DNA from: Gracilinanus agilis
Lineage: Eukaryota
NCBI RefSeq assembly: GCF_016433145.1
Contig: NC_058132.1
Span: 20,342,945 to 20,406,830, forward strand
Direction of reading: 5' to 3'
Length of the DNA stretch: 63,886 bases
A model generated the notes under the pieces. That model was not told the origin of the DNA and made no database searches. It worked only from the letters and a program-made list of their open reading frames with translations. This document shows positions 28,330-41,479 of the stretch, piece after piece (the stretch's first letter is position 1; the number at the start of each line of letters is the position of its first letter). The translations under genes and the position numbers were made by a program.

Positions 28330-30700
28330 CAAAATAGAAACCTTGAGAAATTGAACAGATAAGGTTTATGATATCCAAAAAAATTGGGGGCTGGAGCTAA
28401 GATTGTGGAATGAAACCAGCATGCTTGTCCAATTTTTGCAATATACTTCTCTTTAATAACTTAAACAAATGTACCTAAACAAATAATGAACAAGAGACTC
28501 CCAAAATCTCAGTGAATCATTTTTACAATTCAGGGTAGCTTAGGAAGACATAAAGAGATGTCTGTAGGCACTGGGGTGAGAATTGGTGAGAAGCTTGATG
28601 GGCTGGAATTGGCATTGTCTATAGGCTTTAGAGGTGATGGCAGCAGAGGCATCAGTAATGGAGTGGTACAATTGGTCAGAAAAAATTCTATGGGATCCAT
28701 GAAATAGTACTGGGAATAAGATCAGGTGGCATTAGGTGACACTATAACCTATTACCTGTCCAGGTTGGAGAGGTGCATGGAGTCACAAAAGATGAGGGGC
28801 CCTATAGATCAAGAGAGTAAGGATCATATTTTTCCCTGAATCATACCATGTTGGAAGCATTAGAAACTTACAATCCTGTACACCTTGTAGTAGAAGCAGC
28901 AGGACATAAAATAAAGAAGCTCAGACCAATCATCCACTCCAACACTGAGCAGAGCCCAACTGTAACATGAAATCCAAGGTTGAGAAATATACTGGAAAAA
29001 TGAACAAATGACAACAAACTTGTCCATAAGTAAGTACTATGAGGACTAGGAAACTCAAAACCAAAACACAGAAGGTGATGATGACTTAAAAACGTCTACA
29101 AGCAAAACAATGAAGAAAAATTCACATTGGACACAAGCCTAAAAAGAATTCCTCAAAGAGCTAAAGTGATTTTTTAAAAGGAGATTTAAAAAATAAAATA
29201 ATACTGGAGACAGGAGGTCCTGGGTTCAAACCCGGCCTCAGCCACTTCCCAGCTGTATGACCCTGGGCAAGTCACTTGACCCCCATTGCCCACCCTTACC
29301 AATCTTCCACCTATGAGACAATACACCGAAGTACAAGGGTAAAAAAAAAAATAATAATGGTAGAGAAAAATGGGAAGACGTAAGAGCACTGGAAGAAAAT
29401 TGTGGCAAGAAAACAGCTTAGCAAAAAATGCAGAAGACATCTGAAACAAATTCCTTAAAAATCAGAATTGGCCGAATGGTAAAAGAGGTTCAAAATTTCA
29501 CTCAAGAAAATAACTCTTTTAGAATTAGAATTGGTCAAGTAGAGGCTAATAACTCCATGAAACATTAAGAAATCAAACAAATTTGAAAAACTAAAAAAAT
29601 AGAAAAAAGAAACAGAAAAAACAACTGACATTGAAAAGAGATTGAAGAGTGATATTTTAAGAATTATTGAATCACCTGAAAGCTATGATAAAAAGAGCCC
29701 AGCCATTATATATTAAGACATTATAAAGAAAAACTGTCCAGATAACTTTTAAATAGAGGGCAAAGCAGAAATTCAAAGATCCCCTGCCAACATCTTGAAA
29801 GAAATTCCATAAGGAAAACTCTCAGCAATATTATAAACAAAATCCAGAATTCTTAGGTCAAGGAAAAAGTCCTGCAACCAGTCAGAAAGTCAAATACCAT
29901 GAAGAAATAATCAGGGTCATTCAAAATTTTGCCAGCATTACTTTTAGGAACTAGACAGTTTGAACTATGATATTCTGGAATACAAAGGAAGAAGGATTAA
30001 AATTAAGAATAACCTACTCAACAAAACTCAGTATAATCTTAAAAAATAAACTCTTTACTTTTTATCTTAGTAACAACTTTAAGATAGATGGGAAAGGGCT
30101 AGGCAATCAGGGTTAGGTGACTTGCCCAGAGTCATATAGTTAGGAAGGATTTAAAGCCAAGTTTGAACCCAGGTTCTCTTCACTCCAGACCTTGTTCTCT
30201 AGCCACTCAGCCACCTAAATGTCTAAAAACTCAGTATAATTCTTCAAGTAAAAAATAAATATTTAATTAAATAAAGGACTTTTAAGCATTCCTAATGAAT
30301 CTAAGTCTGAATAGGAAATTTGACATCCAAAGACCAAATTCAAGAGAAGCATGAAAAGGTAAACACGAATGAAAAATCTTAAGAGACTTGAAATGGTTAG
30401 AGTGTTTCTATTCCTACACGTGAAGATGATACATATGTGTCCTAAGAACTTCACAATCATTAGGGTTTTTAGAAGGAGACTACTTAAACATAGATATGAG
30501 TCTATTGTGTTGGGATGATCTCAAAAGGAGAATGTAAGAATGAGAAAGAAGGATGCACTGGGAGGTGGGGGAAGAACAGGATGAATAAAGAAACTATAGA
30601 AAAGAGGTGTGCAAGAGGAGTTTTTACAATGGAGGGAAAATTGAACTAGTTCAAAATGGAAAGTATACATATAGTGTATATATACTATATATAATGCATA
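28330..30700 (+). mobile_element. Degraded L1 5-prime region and ORF1, with two SINE insertions
   Basis: A-rich decayed ORF1-like text (agaattattgaatcacctgaaagc, gaataacctactcaacaaaactcagtataat); SINEs at about 29205-29352 and 30041-30225, the latter with 15-bp TSD aaaactcagtataat. Confidence 0.8.
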
Positions 30701-30979
30701 TATATCAGCTATACAGTCTTCCCTCACTATATCATGGTTTAATTATTGCAGTTTCACTGTATCAAGGGTTTAAAAAAATCTAATTCTGTATTGTGGAATT
30801 TTTGAGATATCACAGGATTTGGGGGATGAACACTGTACTGTAAACAATGGAAAAAGTCACTACCACTTGTGCAAGTTTGTCAACGTGAGAATGTGCATGG
30901 CACACAATTGGCTAATGGAATGAAAGACAACTGACTACAGTACTGTGTTCTGTAGCCTGGGCACTGTTTGACTCAGTGT

Positions 30980-31052
30980 TTATAAGAATGTAGGAAAGGT
31001 TAATAAGAGTGTGGAAAAGGTTTATAGGAGAGTGGGAAGGGTTTATAAAACC
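30980..31052 (+). repeat. 21-bp minisatellite running into the gap
   Basis: ttataagaatgtaggaaaggt / taataagagtgtggaaaaggt / ttataggagagtgggaagggt / ttataaaa. Confidence 0.7.
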
Positions 31053-31552
31053 NNNNNNNNNNNNNNNNNNNNNNNNNNNNNNNNNNNNNNNNNNNNNNNN
31101 NNNNNNNNNNNNNNNNNNNNNNNNNNNNNNNNNNNNNNNNNNNNNNNNNNNNNNNNNNNNNNNNNNNNNNNNNNNNNNNNNNNNNNNNNNNNNNNNNNNN
31201 NNNNNNNNNNNNNNNNNNNNNNNNNNNNNNNNNNNNNNNNNNNNNNNNNNNNNNNNNNNNNNNNNNNNNNNNNNNNNNNNNNNNNNNNNNNNNNNNNNNN
31301 NNNNNNNNNNNNNNNNNNNNNNNNNNNNNNNNNNNNNNNNNNNNNNNNNNNNNNNNNNNNNNNNNNNNNNNNNNNNNNNNNNNNNNNNNNNNNNNNNNNN
31401 NNNNNNNNNNNNNNNNNNNNNNNNNNNNNNNNNNNNNNNNNNNNNNNNNNNNNNNNNNNNNNNNNNNNNNNNNNNNNNNNNNNNNNNNNNNNNNNNNNNN
31501 NNNNNNNNNNNNNNNNNNNNNNNNNNNNNNNNNNNNNNNNNNNNNNNNNNNN
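31053..31552. other. Assembly gap (500 N)
   Basis: Run of N. Confidence 1.
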
Positions 31553-32567
31553 AAAAAAAAAAAAAGAAGAAGAAGGAAAGAAGAAATAGTGACCCCCCCC
31601 AATACAGAATAGGAAAAATAAAAACAATAAAGCCTTTCAAGCTTTCATCACATTACAGGGTCTCAGAGATAATTAGGAATTGCATCAATATCATGTAACA
31701 ATGGAAAAATATCCTAAATCAATTCATTAAATAAAATTTTTTCAAATGAAAAAAGATTTGCATCAATAAGACTCCTTATTTTAAAAGCACTTTTACAATT
31801 CACCTGCCCTGGTTATAGAAATTGCTATGAAGGGGGAAAGGTCCCTGGTTGTAATGATAGCAAGAGTGCAATCTGACCTGAAGAGGACAAAGCTTCCTTG
31901 GCTCAGTTCAATTCCCCACAAGCATCATAGTAAACGTTTTGGAATAGTCCATCATGTAGTGAAGTTCCATATTATTCATAGCATATCCTAACTGGGCCCA
32001 GGACTAATGAAGAAGGAAACATTCCTGTTCAGAAAGGAAATAGCTCAATGGGGAAACAGAGTCAAAAGGATCCTGCCATTATCTTTGTGAGGCTGTCTTC
32101 TCAGCCTTCCTAGGCACCAGCACCCCGGCAGCAATCCTCAGCTCACACTCACTTTGAGCCATTCGTGACATCTCCCTTGAATGGCAATTTACTAATTTAA
32201 TGATAATTCAGACTATTGTGCCTAAATTCAGAACAATATCAAATTATAGTCTCAAGGGATTTTTTTTCCTCAAATAGCAAGCTTTATGAGTCAACTGAGG
32301 GAAAGGTACAGTGAATGTTATTATTTTTCTCATATTATTATATTAGCACTTAATAAAAGCATTTATCTTCAACATTTATTAAGCACATTCAAGGTTTCAT
32401 CTTACGCTTTCTTTCTAGTTTAAATCATCCTGGAGCAAAAATCAATCATCAGAACCAAAACAAAAAAAAAAAAAACCCTAACTCCCAACACTACACATGT
32501 ATCGTGAATACATAATTCACTCAAAATCCAGAAAAACATCAGCTACTGGCAGCCTCCAGAGTGCAAA

Positions 32568-32570
<3 letters not shown>

Positions 32571-32611
<41 letters not shown>
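32571..32611 (+). repeat. (ATCT)n microsatellite
   Basis: About 10 tandem ATCT units. Confidence 0.95.
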
Positions 32612-32814
32612 AATTGATCAATCGATATTTAACCCCTAAGGCAAAAATCTAGGGTCTATTGATGCTAAATTGGCTCAAAGTATAAATTAAATACATATTA
32701 TTCCAGGATAAATATTATAATTTTCATAATTAGCAGAGAATTTTTTATAAAAATCACTTCTATTTTATTAACAAACTTTTTAGCCATTCCCTCTGAAATA
32801 TTTTATATATATAA

Positions 32815-33780
32815 TGAAGTGGGGAAGACCTTTAACCAGAATTCAAAGTTTATTGAACATCAGAAAATTCACACTGGGGGGAAAAAGAAATTATGAATAT
32901 AATCAGTGTGGAAAAGCCTTTAGACAACAGCCATCCCTTATTTGCCTTTAGAGAAGCCATACTAGATTGAAATCTTATCAGTGTAATAAATGAAGAAAGC
33001 AATTCAAATAGCATATAGAGATGTTGTTCAATCCCATATGACTCTGTGACCCCATTTGAGGTTTTCTTGGCAAAAATCCTAGAGTGCTTTGCCATTACCT
33101 TCTCTGGCTCATTTTATAGATGTGGAACCTGAAGCAAATTGAGTTAAATGACTTTCCCAGGGTCATACAGCTAGTAAGTGTCGGAGGCTGGATTGGAACT
33201 CAGGTCCTCCTGGTGCTCCAGGCCTGGGGCTCTATCCACTATCCCACCTAGCTACCCCACAAAGCTTATCAGAAATAGAAAATTCAGTCTGGGGACAAGT
33301 TCTAGATTGACTCAATGAGAGACAACCTAAAGTCACCTTCATCTCTTATTTACATCAGAGAGTTCACATTCAAGAATGTGGTTGATGGGGACATGCTTTT
33401 CCCTGGAAAGAGGAGGTCATTGGACATTAGAATATTCCTCCTATATTAAAAAGAAGAAAGAAGCTTTATAAGAGCAATGATTATGGGAAGGCTTTCACTT
33501 AGAGCTCATACTTGACTGTTCATTGGAGACATTGTATCGGAGAGAACGCATATGGATTTATTTAATGCTGCAGGACAGACTTCACTAGACATCTGGGACT
33601 TCATACTGTGCATGAAGCCCATGCAAAGAATTTTTCTCTGACATTCTAATATTTGCCATTACTCCTCCATACTATTCTATGACACTCTAAGCATCACTTC
33701 TTTAGCCAATCCTCAAATGATTGGTCATCACTTTGTTTCCAGTTCTTTGCTGGCACAAAAAAATCTTAGTATAAATATTT
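32815..33780 (+). pseudogene. Orphan degenerate ZNF 3-prime tail, paralogous to about 27050-27720
   Basis: Degenerate fingers (GKTFNQNSKFIEHQKIHTG; QCGKAFRQQPSLI); colinear similarity with the tail and UTR of the intact gene; MAR1-like SINE at about 33030-33258. Confidence 0.8.
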
Positions 33781-34003
33781 TCGAATCTGTCAGACGTTTA
33801 TTTTGGTAATGATTTCTTTAGGCACCTGGATGGCTCCATCAATAGAATTCAGTGTCTGCAGAAGACCTAAGTTCAAATAAATTCTCTGATGATTGTTGTG
33901 GATTTTAAAATTAATATTCAATAGCTAAGTATTATATTTATCAAAGTTTTATTAATAATAACTAAAGTAAAAGACCTAGCTATTCAGCCCACTCAACAGA
34001 ACC

Positions 34004-34372
34004 AAAGAGAGAAAGAGAGAGGCAGAACTTCAGAACTTATACAAATATGACCATGCAAATGTGGACAAAGGGAAAAGCATTCTAGGTAATACAGAAAGGA
34101 AGTTTGGGTAGTGTAGTTTTTAGGGGTCCAAGATTTTTTACATTTTCCCCCCTGTGATCCTTTGGGAGACCAGTCTCCCAAATGGATCATGAAAACATAA
34201 TCAAATTAAAACTTATAATAATTTGAGAATAAAAGGGAAATAAAAGAGAGAAAGAGGGGGTGGAGCTTCAGAACTTATACAAATGTGACCATGCAAATGT
34301 GGACAAAGGAAAATCATTCTAGATAACAGAAAAGAAGTTTGGGTAATGTAGTTTTTAGGGGTTCAAGATTTT
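34004..34372 (+). repeat. Direct repeat, two copies of about 130 bp
   Basis: 34004-34138 and 34243-34372 share cttcagaacttatacaaat.tgaccatgcaaatgtggacaaagg...gtagtttttaggggt.caagattttt. Confidence 0.9.
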
Positions 34373-34389
34373 CCACCTATACATTATTC

Positions 34390-34860
34390 ACCCTTCATTA
34401 AGAAGAGAACTGATGATGACACAGGCAATTGTCTTGACTTGCCCCTGAAATGATTTAAGTGAGGCAGAGTTGTGCAAAGTCCTCTGCTTCATTCTTTTGC
34501 AGAATTATTAAAGTCCATTGGAAGACAAGTTAGGACACCTGGTGATGCAATAGATGGTCATGGTGTCTTTATGTCTGACCAAGCTCTCAGCACTTCCTAG
34601 GACCTTCAGTTGCCTCCATGGCATTTGGAACAAATTGTTCCCATCAGCCCATTCTATAGGGAGAAGTCTTCATGTGCTTGGCGTAGACACACCCTGGCTC
34701 ATCTATAGGTTACCCTCAACCTGGTTTAATTCTTTTGCTAAGGCAGTTTTACTATGGTATAACCTCTGGGCATGCTACATGGAGCCACAGTTGAGAGCTG
34801 GTTGACAGGTAGACAATAAAAGTGGATAAGGAGCCCTGAAAAAGACTTGGCAAGCCTTGC
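34390..34860. mobile_element. RTE-clade derived fragment
   Basis: Inverse similarity to 18060-18400; family call tentative. Confidence 0.5.
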
Positions 34861-36217
34861 CACCAGAGATGCTAGTTGTCCCTATCTACTCCTGAAATCT
34901 ACTAGCTGTGTGATCCTGGGAAAATCACTTAATCTATTACTGCCCGAGTTTTCCTATCTATAAAATGAGGATAATGATATCTACCTCCCAGGGTCCATGA
35001 GAAGATCAAAGGAGGCCATATTTGTAAAGCGCTTTACAAGCATTGAATCACTATGTATAAAGCTCAGAGGGTTTGATCATTTTTCTCATTCAAATTCATA
35101 TTCAGAACAGTGTAGCAGAAGGCATTATGTTGTAATGAATAGGACTCTGTTTTTGTGTCAGGGAGATTATAAAGCAGTAGTCATCCAAAGGATTTTGTCC
35201 ACCATTAAAAAACAAAAAAACAGAAAGGTTGATAGACTGAAGAAATCAGGTGTATAATAGACAAAAGAAAATGTGCATGATAACTCTTAGTCAACAGATT
35301 CAAAGACCTCATCTATGGGTTCATGACTTAGTAATTATTACATAATTCTGGAAAAATTCAAAAGTGTTCTGGCAGAAAGTAGGTATAGACCAGCATCTCA
35401 CAATGAAAAAAAAAGATCAGTGCCAAATGAATACAGAACTTAGAAAAGCTCACCTCAAATTAGATGGACTATGAAGATACATTTTGCAGTGAGTAGGGGA
35501 AGAGTCATCACCAAAGAAAAGAGGGGATCACAGAAAATAAAATGAGTAATTTTGATCACAATAAAAATATCAATGCATCTAAAATGGAAAAGAAATCAAT
35601 AGAGAAAAAAATCTTCATGAAGTTTCTCTGATAGAGGTCTCATATTCAAGGTATATGAAAAATAGATACAGCTTTATAATATGGACACTTTCTCCAAAAG
35701 GCTACAAACAGGCAATTTTCTTCTTTTTAAAATTTAAACATTTTTATTTTGAGCTCTCAATTCTTTTCTTTTGTCCACCCCTCTCCTGCTCATTGAGAAG
35801 GCAAGAAATACTTGAGTCATTATATAGAGATAGATATATATAAATATATATATGTAAAGTCATGCAAAACATATTTCCTCATTAGCCATGTTGAAGAAAA
35901 TAAAATCAAGAAAAATAAAGAGAAAAAATATGCTTCATTCTGCACTCAGAGTCTATCATTTGTCTCCCTAGAGGTGAATAACATTTTTCAATATGAGTAC
36001 TTTCAGAATTGGGGTGAATCTTTGTATTGGTCACGTCAACTTTTAAAAAGAACTACCAAAATCATAACAATAAAATGTCTTTAATTGAGGTGAGAAGGCT
36101 ATAATTTGGAGTTCTTCATAGCATCCCTGGGCCATCATCTTTTTACAAAGGTCAGGAGGAATGGGATTTAAACAGATCTGGAAGTTACAGCCTTGAGAAG
36201 AAGTTATACAAGTTGTT

Positions 36218-36424
36218 GGGTTTTTTGTTTGTTTGTTTGGGTTTTTTTTAAACCCTTAATTTCTGTGTATTGGCTCCTTGGTGGAAGAGTGGTAAGGGTG
36301 GGCAATGGGGGTCAAGTGACTTGCCCAGGGTCACACAGCTGGGAAGTGTCTGAGGCCAGATTTGAACCCAGGACCTCCCGTCTCTAGGCCTGGCTCTCAA
36401 TCACCAAGCTACCCAGCTGCCCCC
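36218..36424 (-). mobile_element. SINE1_Mdo-like SINE, full length
   Basis: 11-bp TSD tacaagttgtt at 36207-36217 and 36425-36435. Confidence 0.93.
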
Positions 36425-37769
36425 TACAAGTTGTTTTTACATAACTGAAAATCTATATCTCAGCCAAGCCCTGGGGAGGCTGGGAAATGGCATGATCTTC
36501 TTCCAGGCAATCTGTGACCTGGGGCTAGGCAAGGTCAGTTGATAGTCAACTGCAACATCAACAGAGTAGTTGTCTTTCCCAGTTGATTTTTCTTATAAAG
36601 TTGCTATTATTGTGTACAATGTTCTTGTGGTTCTTCTTACTTCACTGTGCATCAGTTCATATAAGCCTCCCAAGCTTTTTCTGAAACCATGCTGCTTGTC
36701 ATTTTTTATAGCTACAAAAATGAAATTTTATTTTAATTCTATTTTTAAGGATTAATCAAACTGGCATGGGCTTAATACTCTTCCACACCCCAGTAAATCC
36801 AAACTCCTTCTCCATCCTTCACCAATAGGGCAGAGAAACATTGCCTAAAGGCCTTGTCTTGTAATTACCTTCATCATAGAATTGAATCTTCTCCCTGGTA
36901 TTGCCTACATTGGTAACTTCACCCACTACCCACTTATTCTGAATTGAGGCTTCTTTGTAACTTTATTCACCACTTACCAATTACTTTAATTATAATATAT
37001 ATAATAATATAATACTAATCCTTTAATTCTTCTTCATTGGTTGTATTTTCACCTTTTTTATTTTTGAAAGGAGAGAATTGGTTTTCTCTTTAAAATAACA
37101 TTAGCCAATAATTTATCTATATATAAGTTTTATGTATTAGTTCCTTATTTTAGTTTCATTTCCTTTTTAGCAATCCCTCCTTTGATTTCTCAGAATTTCT
37201 ATTTCAGTGTTTGGAGGTTCTAAATTTGTTACCGTAGATTTTTTTGGGTTTTTTAAAGCTGTATTCCAAATTTAATGATCTGTTCTTCCTCTTTTTTTAT
37301 TGATGTAAGTGCTCAGAGATAAGTACTGCTTTGGCTGTGCCATCCTTAGAACCAAACAACAACAGTTTCCTTATCCTGATAAACCAATCTGCCAAACAGC
37401 TCTGCAACAGAAATGTTTTATTTCCATTATGAGAGAGAAGTTACATGTGTGGGGGTTGGATATACCCTAGCTGGGGGAGGAGAAAAAGACTACACTTTTA
37501 TAGTATTTTAAGGAAGAGGGGAAGGGGTCTAAGAGGTGAACAATGTAGGAAAACTGGACAGAAACAGGAAATTCTTCTTGGAATGTAAACCAGGATGTCA
37601 CTGTGATAACATGTGCCTGGCTGTTATCTGCAGGGACTCTCTGACCATGAAATGTTCATGTATAGAACTTCCAAGGCATATCTCGCTGCTTTATCAGATT
37701 AATCTTGATATTTCAGGGAAATTATATATACAAAAGCCATTAGAAACTCGTTTACTCTCAACAGCTGTA

Positions 37770-38900
37770 TCCTACACATTTTGACATATATTGTCTCATT
37801 GCTGTCAATATCTTTCATGAAATTATTGTTTCTATGATTGGTTCTTTGATCAACTCATTCCTTAAGGATTAGATTATTTAGTTCCAATTAATGTTAATTT
37901 GTGCTTCCAAGATCATTTATTGAATTGTATTGTGGACCCTCAAAAGGTACATTTTATCATTTTACTTGTCTGCATTTGTTATGAAATTTTTGTCGGATAT
38001 ATGGTGATTAAAAAAATCTTTTTTATTGATTAAGAAAAAATTTCCATAGTTCCATGATTCATGTTCTTTCCCTCTCCTCCTCCCAGCCCCCTCCCATAGC
38101 CTATGTGCAGTTCCATTGGATTTTACATGTATCATTGATCAAGACCTATTTCCATATTATTGATATTTGCATTAGGACCATCCTTTAGAGTCTATATCCC
38201 CAATCATATCCCCATCGACCCATGTGATCAAGCAATTGTTTTTCTTCTGTGTTTCTACTTTATATGGTGAATTTTTGAGAAGGTGCCATTTACATTTGAG
38301 AAATTCATATACTCTATTCTGTATTCATTCAAATTCTCCAGAAGTCTATCATATATAATTTGTCTAAAATTCTATTCATTTCCTTAATCCTTTGTTGTTT
38401 ATTTTATGGTTAGATTTATCCACACCCGAGAGGAATACATTTAAGTCCTCCATTAATATAGTTTTACTATCTCTTTCTTCCTATAACTCATTTAACTTTT
38501 CCTTCCAGAAGTTGGATGCCATTATTATATTTGGATGCCAATATTAATTCACTGTCTGTGCTGTCTTTTAGCAAAATGTACTTTCCTTGATTATCTCTTA
38601 CAGTTGGAGCTATTTTTGCTTTGTTCTGAGATCATGATGGCAACTATTCTACATGCTAAAGCATGAGATTCCGTTCTAGACCACTATTTTAACTCTATGA
38701 GTGTTTTCTATTTGCAGTGTCTCACATAAATAACATATTGTTGGATTCTGGTTTCTAACACATTCTTCTATTCTCTTTCGTTTTATCAGTGAGTTCTTCA
38801 TATTCACAATTATAATTGCTCTAACTGCATATTGCCCAGCATCTTCTCCTTTTTTCTTTCTTGTTCTCTTTTCCCCCTTTTCTTTTTGTTCAGTAGTCTC
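37770..38900 (-). mobile_element. L1 ORF2 endonuclease-region fragment with a nested L1 3-prime end
   Basis: Reverse-strand decayed EN-like text (ggaggacttaaatgtattcctctc...gataaatctaacc); poly-T tailed L1 end at about 38030-38250. Confidence 0.7.
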
Positions 38901-38921
38901 ACTCTTGTCTGACTCTCTCTG

Positions 38922-39110
38922 ACCCCGTTTAGGGTTTTCTTGGCAAAGATCCTGAAAGAGTTTGCCATATCCTTCTTCAGCTCATTTTACAGAAGAGGAA
39001 ACTGAGGCCAACAGGATGAAGTGATTTGTGCTGGGTTACACAGCTAGGAAGTATGTGAAACAGTGTTTGAATTTAGGGAGATGAATCATCCTGATTTCAG
39101 GCTCAGCACC
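38922..39110 (-). mobile_element. MAR1-like SINE
   Basis: RTE-type tail gggttttcttggcaaagatcctgaaagagtttgcc plus CORE region. Confidence 0.75.
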
Positions 39111-40042
39111 GCACCCACCCTCTTCCAAAGTCTGTTTTACTTCTGATTAGGAACTCTTAACCTCCTGGATCTACATTCTCTCTTAACCTGGCCCCTTCTC
39201 TTAGCCCCTTTCTCTCTTACTTGCCCAATTTGGTATATACATCTACATATATAGGCATAGACATATACACAGCCTTCCTCTAGTCAAGCAGGATTTAGGG
39301 ACTGGTCAATTCTAGACTGACCACCATTGCTCTGAGCAAACCCATCCTGGATACGGTGCCCTAATAGCCCTCAAGGATCCCCAGAGGTGAGCAGGGGTCA
39401 CTGGGACAGGAGATACACTCAAGTCAGCTCCCTGTAGAGCAGAGGCTTCTCTCCAAGCCTCCATGCTCAAGGCCATTCTCACCAAGTGGAGATCCAGACC
39501 TGGTCTGTTGGGCAAGGATGGCCTCCACATGCAAGGACAGCCTCAGAGCACCCTGGAAGTGTTCTAAGGAGGGAGCTCTCATTGGCCAGTCCTTGCCACG
39601 TCCCCCAGCCCCATCTCGCTCACTAGAGTGACCTCACAGGGCTGTGAAGAGGAAAATGAAGCAGCCAGTCAGGCCAAGAGCTGTCCTGGTTCCTGCCTGC
39701 AGCATCTCTTCTTGGGGAACAGTTGTCTCTGCTTGCATCAGTCCTAGCTATTCTCATCTCTGGTGGGAGAGTGGGAAGAGGGGACAGGGGCAAGCCTGTG
39801 AGTGGGAGGGAAGAGAGACAAAGCAGAAGCCAAAGAGAGGAAGGGAGGAGCTGGCTGTTAGCAGAGTATAAGGAAGGGAGGCCAGGACCAGGTGCCAAGG
39901 GCAGGGATGACCCTCTGTGGAGCTGGCAGAGCCATTTCCTCCAGACTGGTGCCTCCTGGGGGTCGCATATTCCCCAAACCCCGGTTCGATCTTCCTGTCT
40001 ATCTTGACTGGCTGCTCACACAGGGTCTCCCCAGGGGGTTTC

Positions 40043-40161
40043 TCAGGGTCCCCTCCAGCTGGTCCAGGCTTCAGCCAGCAGGATGCCCATGATGAGGAGC
40101 ACCAGGCCAGCCAGGCCAAGACGAATCACATTGCCAGTGGTGTAATCCTGGGAGGCAGCAT
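40043..40161 (-). CDS. LRC-type Ig receptor: transmembrane and tail exon
   Basis: Acceptor ccccctcag|at, phase 1; DAASQDYTTGNVIRLGLAGLVLLIMGILLAEAWTSWRGP*; matches the YT..N..R motif of FcR-gamma-coupled LILRA/FCAR/GP6/NCR1-type receptors. Confidence 0.93.
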
Positions 40162-41479
40162 CTGAGGGGGCAGAGGCTGTCACTGAGATAGAGGCAGGGC
40201 CTCCCCTTTCCCAGGAGCGCCAGGGTGCCACTTCCAGGCTACTCAGAGCCCAGCCACTGACCTGAGAGCCTTTAGTGCTCATTAGTCTGGGGATGTGGGT
40301 GAGAGCTGGGGGGCCCCCAGGCTCCAGGGGCTGCAGCTGACTCTCCCCCCTCTCCCTCAGGCCTTCTCTCCCCTGTCCCAGGTCTGTCTCTCCCTATGAC
40401 TTGTTGCTTCCAATACTCTGTGGATCTCCTGTTTGTGCCACACTCCTTCCACGTGGCCTCCACTGGCCCAGGAGCTCCCTGGGAGCCAGGACTTTTGTCT
40501 CTCTGTGTATCCACAGCACTGAGCCCCGTGTCTGGCACATAGTAGGAGCTTAGTAAAGAGTTAACTGACTGTCCAGCTCTGACACCTGAGGATTCTGCCA
40601 TCTGGTGACTCTCTTGTCTTGTTGCTCCAAGTGGGAGGGAAAAGCCAGAGAGCAGGAGGAGGAGCTGGTGGGGGGAGAGGAGCCCTCTGAGTCCTCCTCA
40701 GGGCCTCTTCTCAGGCTCCAGAGAGCTGAGGTCCAGTCAAGGCTCCAAGTCCTGACTAGGTCAATGGGACCCAGCGCTGGACAGAGGAGGGAGGTGAGGA
40801 CATCCCTCCAGTGCTTCCACTTACTGGGAATTGGGCTGAGAGGAGCTAAGAGTTTCCTCTCCTGCCAGCCAGGCCTGGAGGAGGGGAGGGAAGGGATGGC
40901 AGAAATAGGGCATCTTCATTTGGGTCAAGGCCTGGGATGCCCTGGGGCTGCTGGGCAAGGGGAGAGAAGGGCTGGGGCTCCCTCACTCCATCAGCTCTTT
41001 CTTCCCTGGGCAGCTGCTGCCCACCTTCCATGTCCCTGCCTGGATCTTCACCTTCCTCACTTCAGGGTGCCAGGAGGGGTGGGATGGAGACAGAGGGGGA
41101 GGGGAGGAAGGACGTGGTTCTCTGAGGGCTCCCAGAAGAGCCAGGCAGGGAGGAATCCATAGAGAGGGGGCAGGAGAAGAGGGAGGCGCCAACACTGAGA
41201 CCTGAGCCTTCCCCTGCCCTTCTCCTGGCTCCCCTGGACCTCCTCAAGCTAGAAATCCTAGAAAGGACCCAGCAGACCCACTGTGTGCCCCGAGGGAGCA
41301 GGGCTGAGGGGTCAGGGGGAGGGGAGGGTCTCCCTGGGATTCCCCCATTGCCCAGACTCTGGTCCTGTGTGTGAGCCCCTTCCCTCCCCACCCACCAGCC
41401 TTGCTGGCCTCTGGAGAGCAGGGCCGGGGGTGGCCCGGGGTGGCCCGGGGTGGCCCCGGGGCGGCCGGGGTCCGCTTAC

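Noticed and set aside
30912-31698. ORFs of 190-240 aa
   Set aside because: They are made of X residues spanning the N gap
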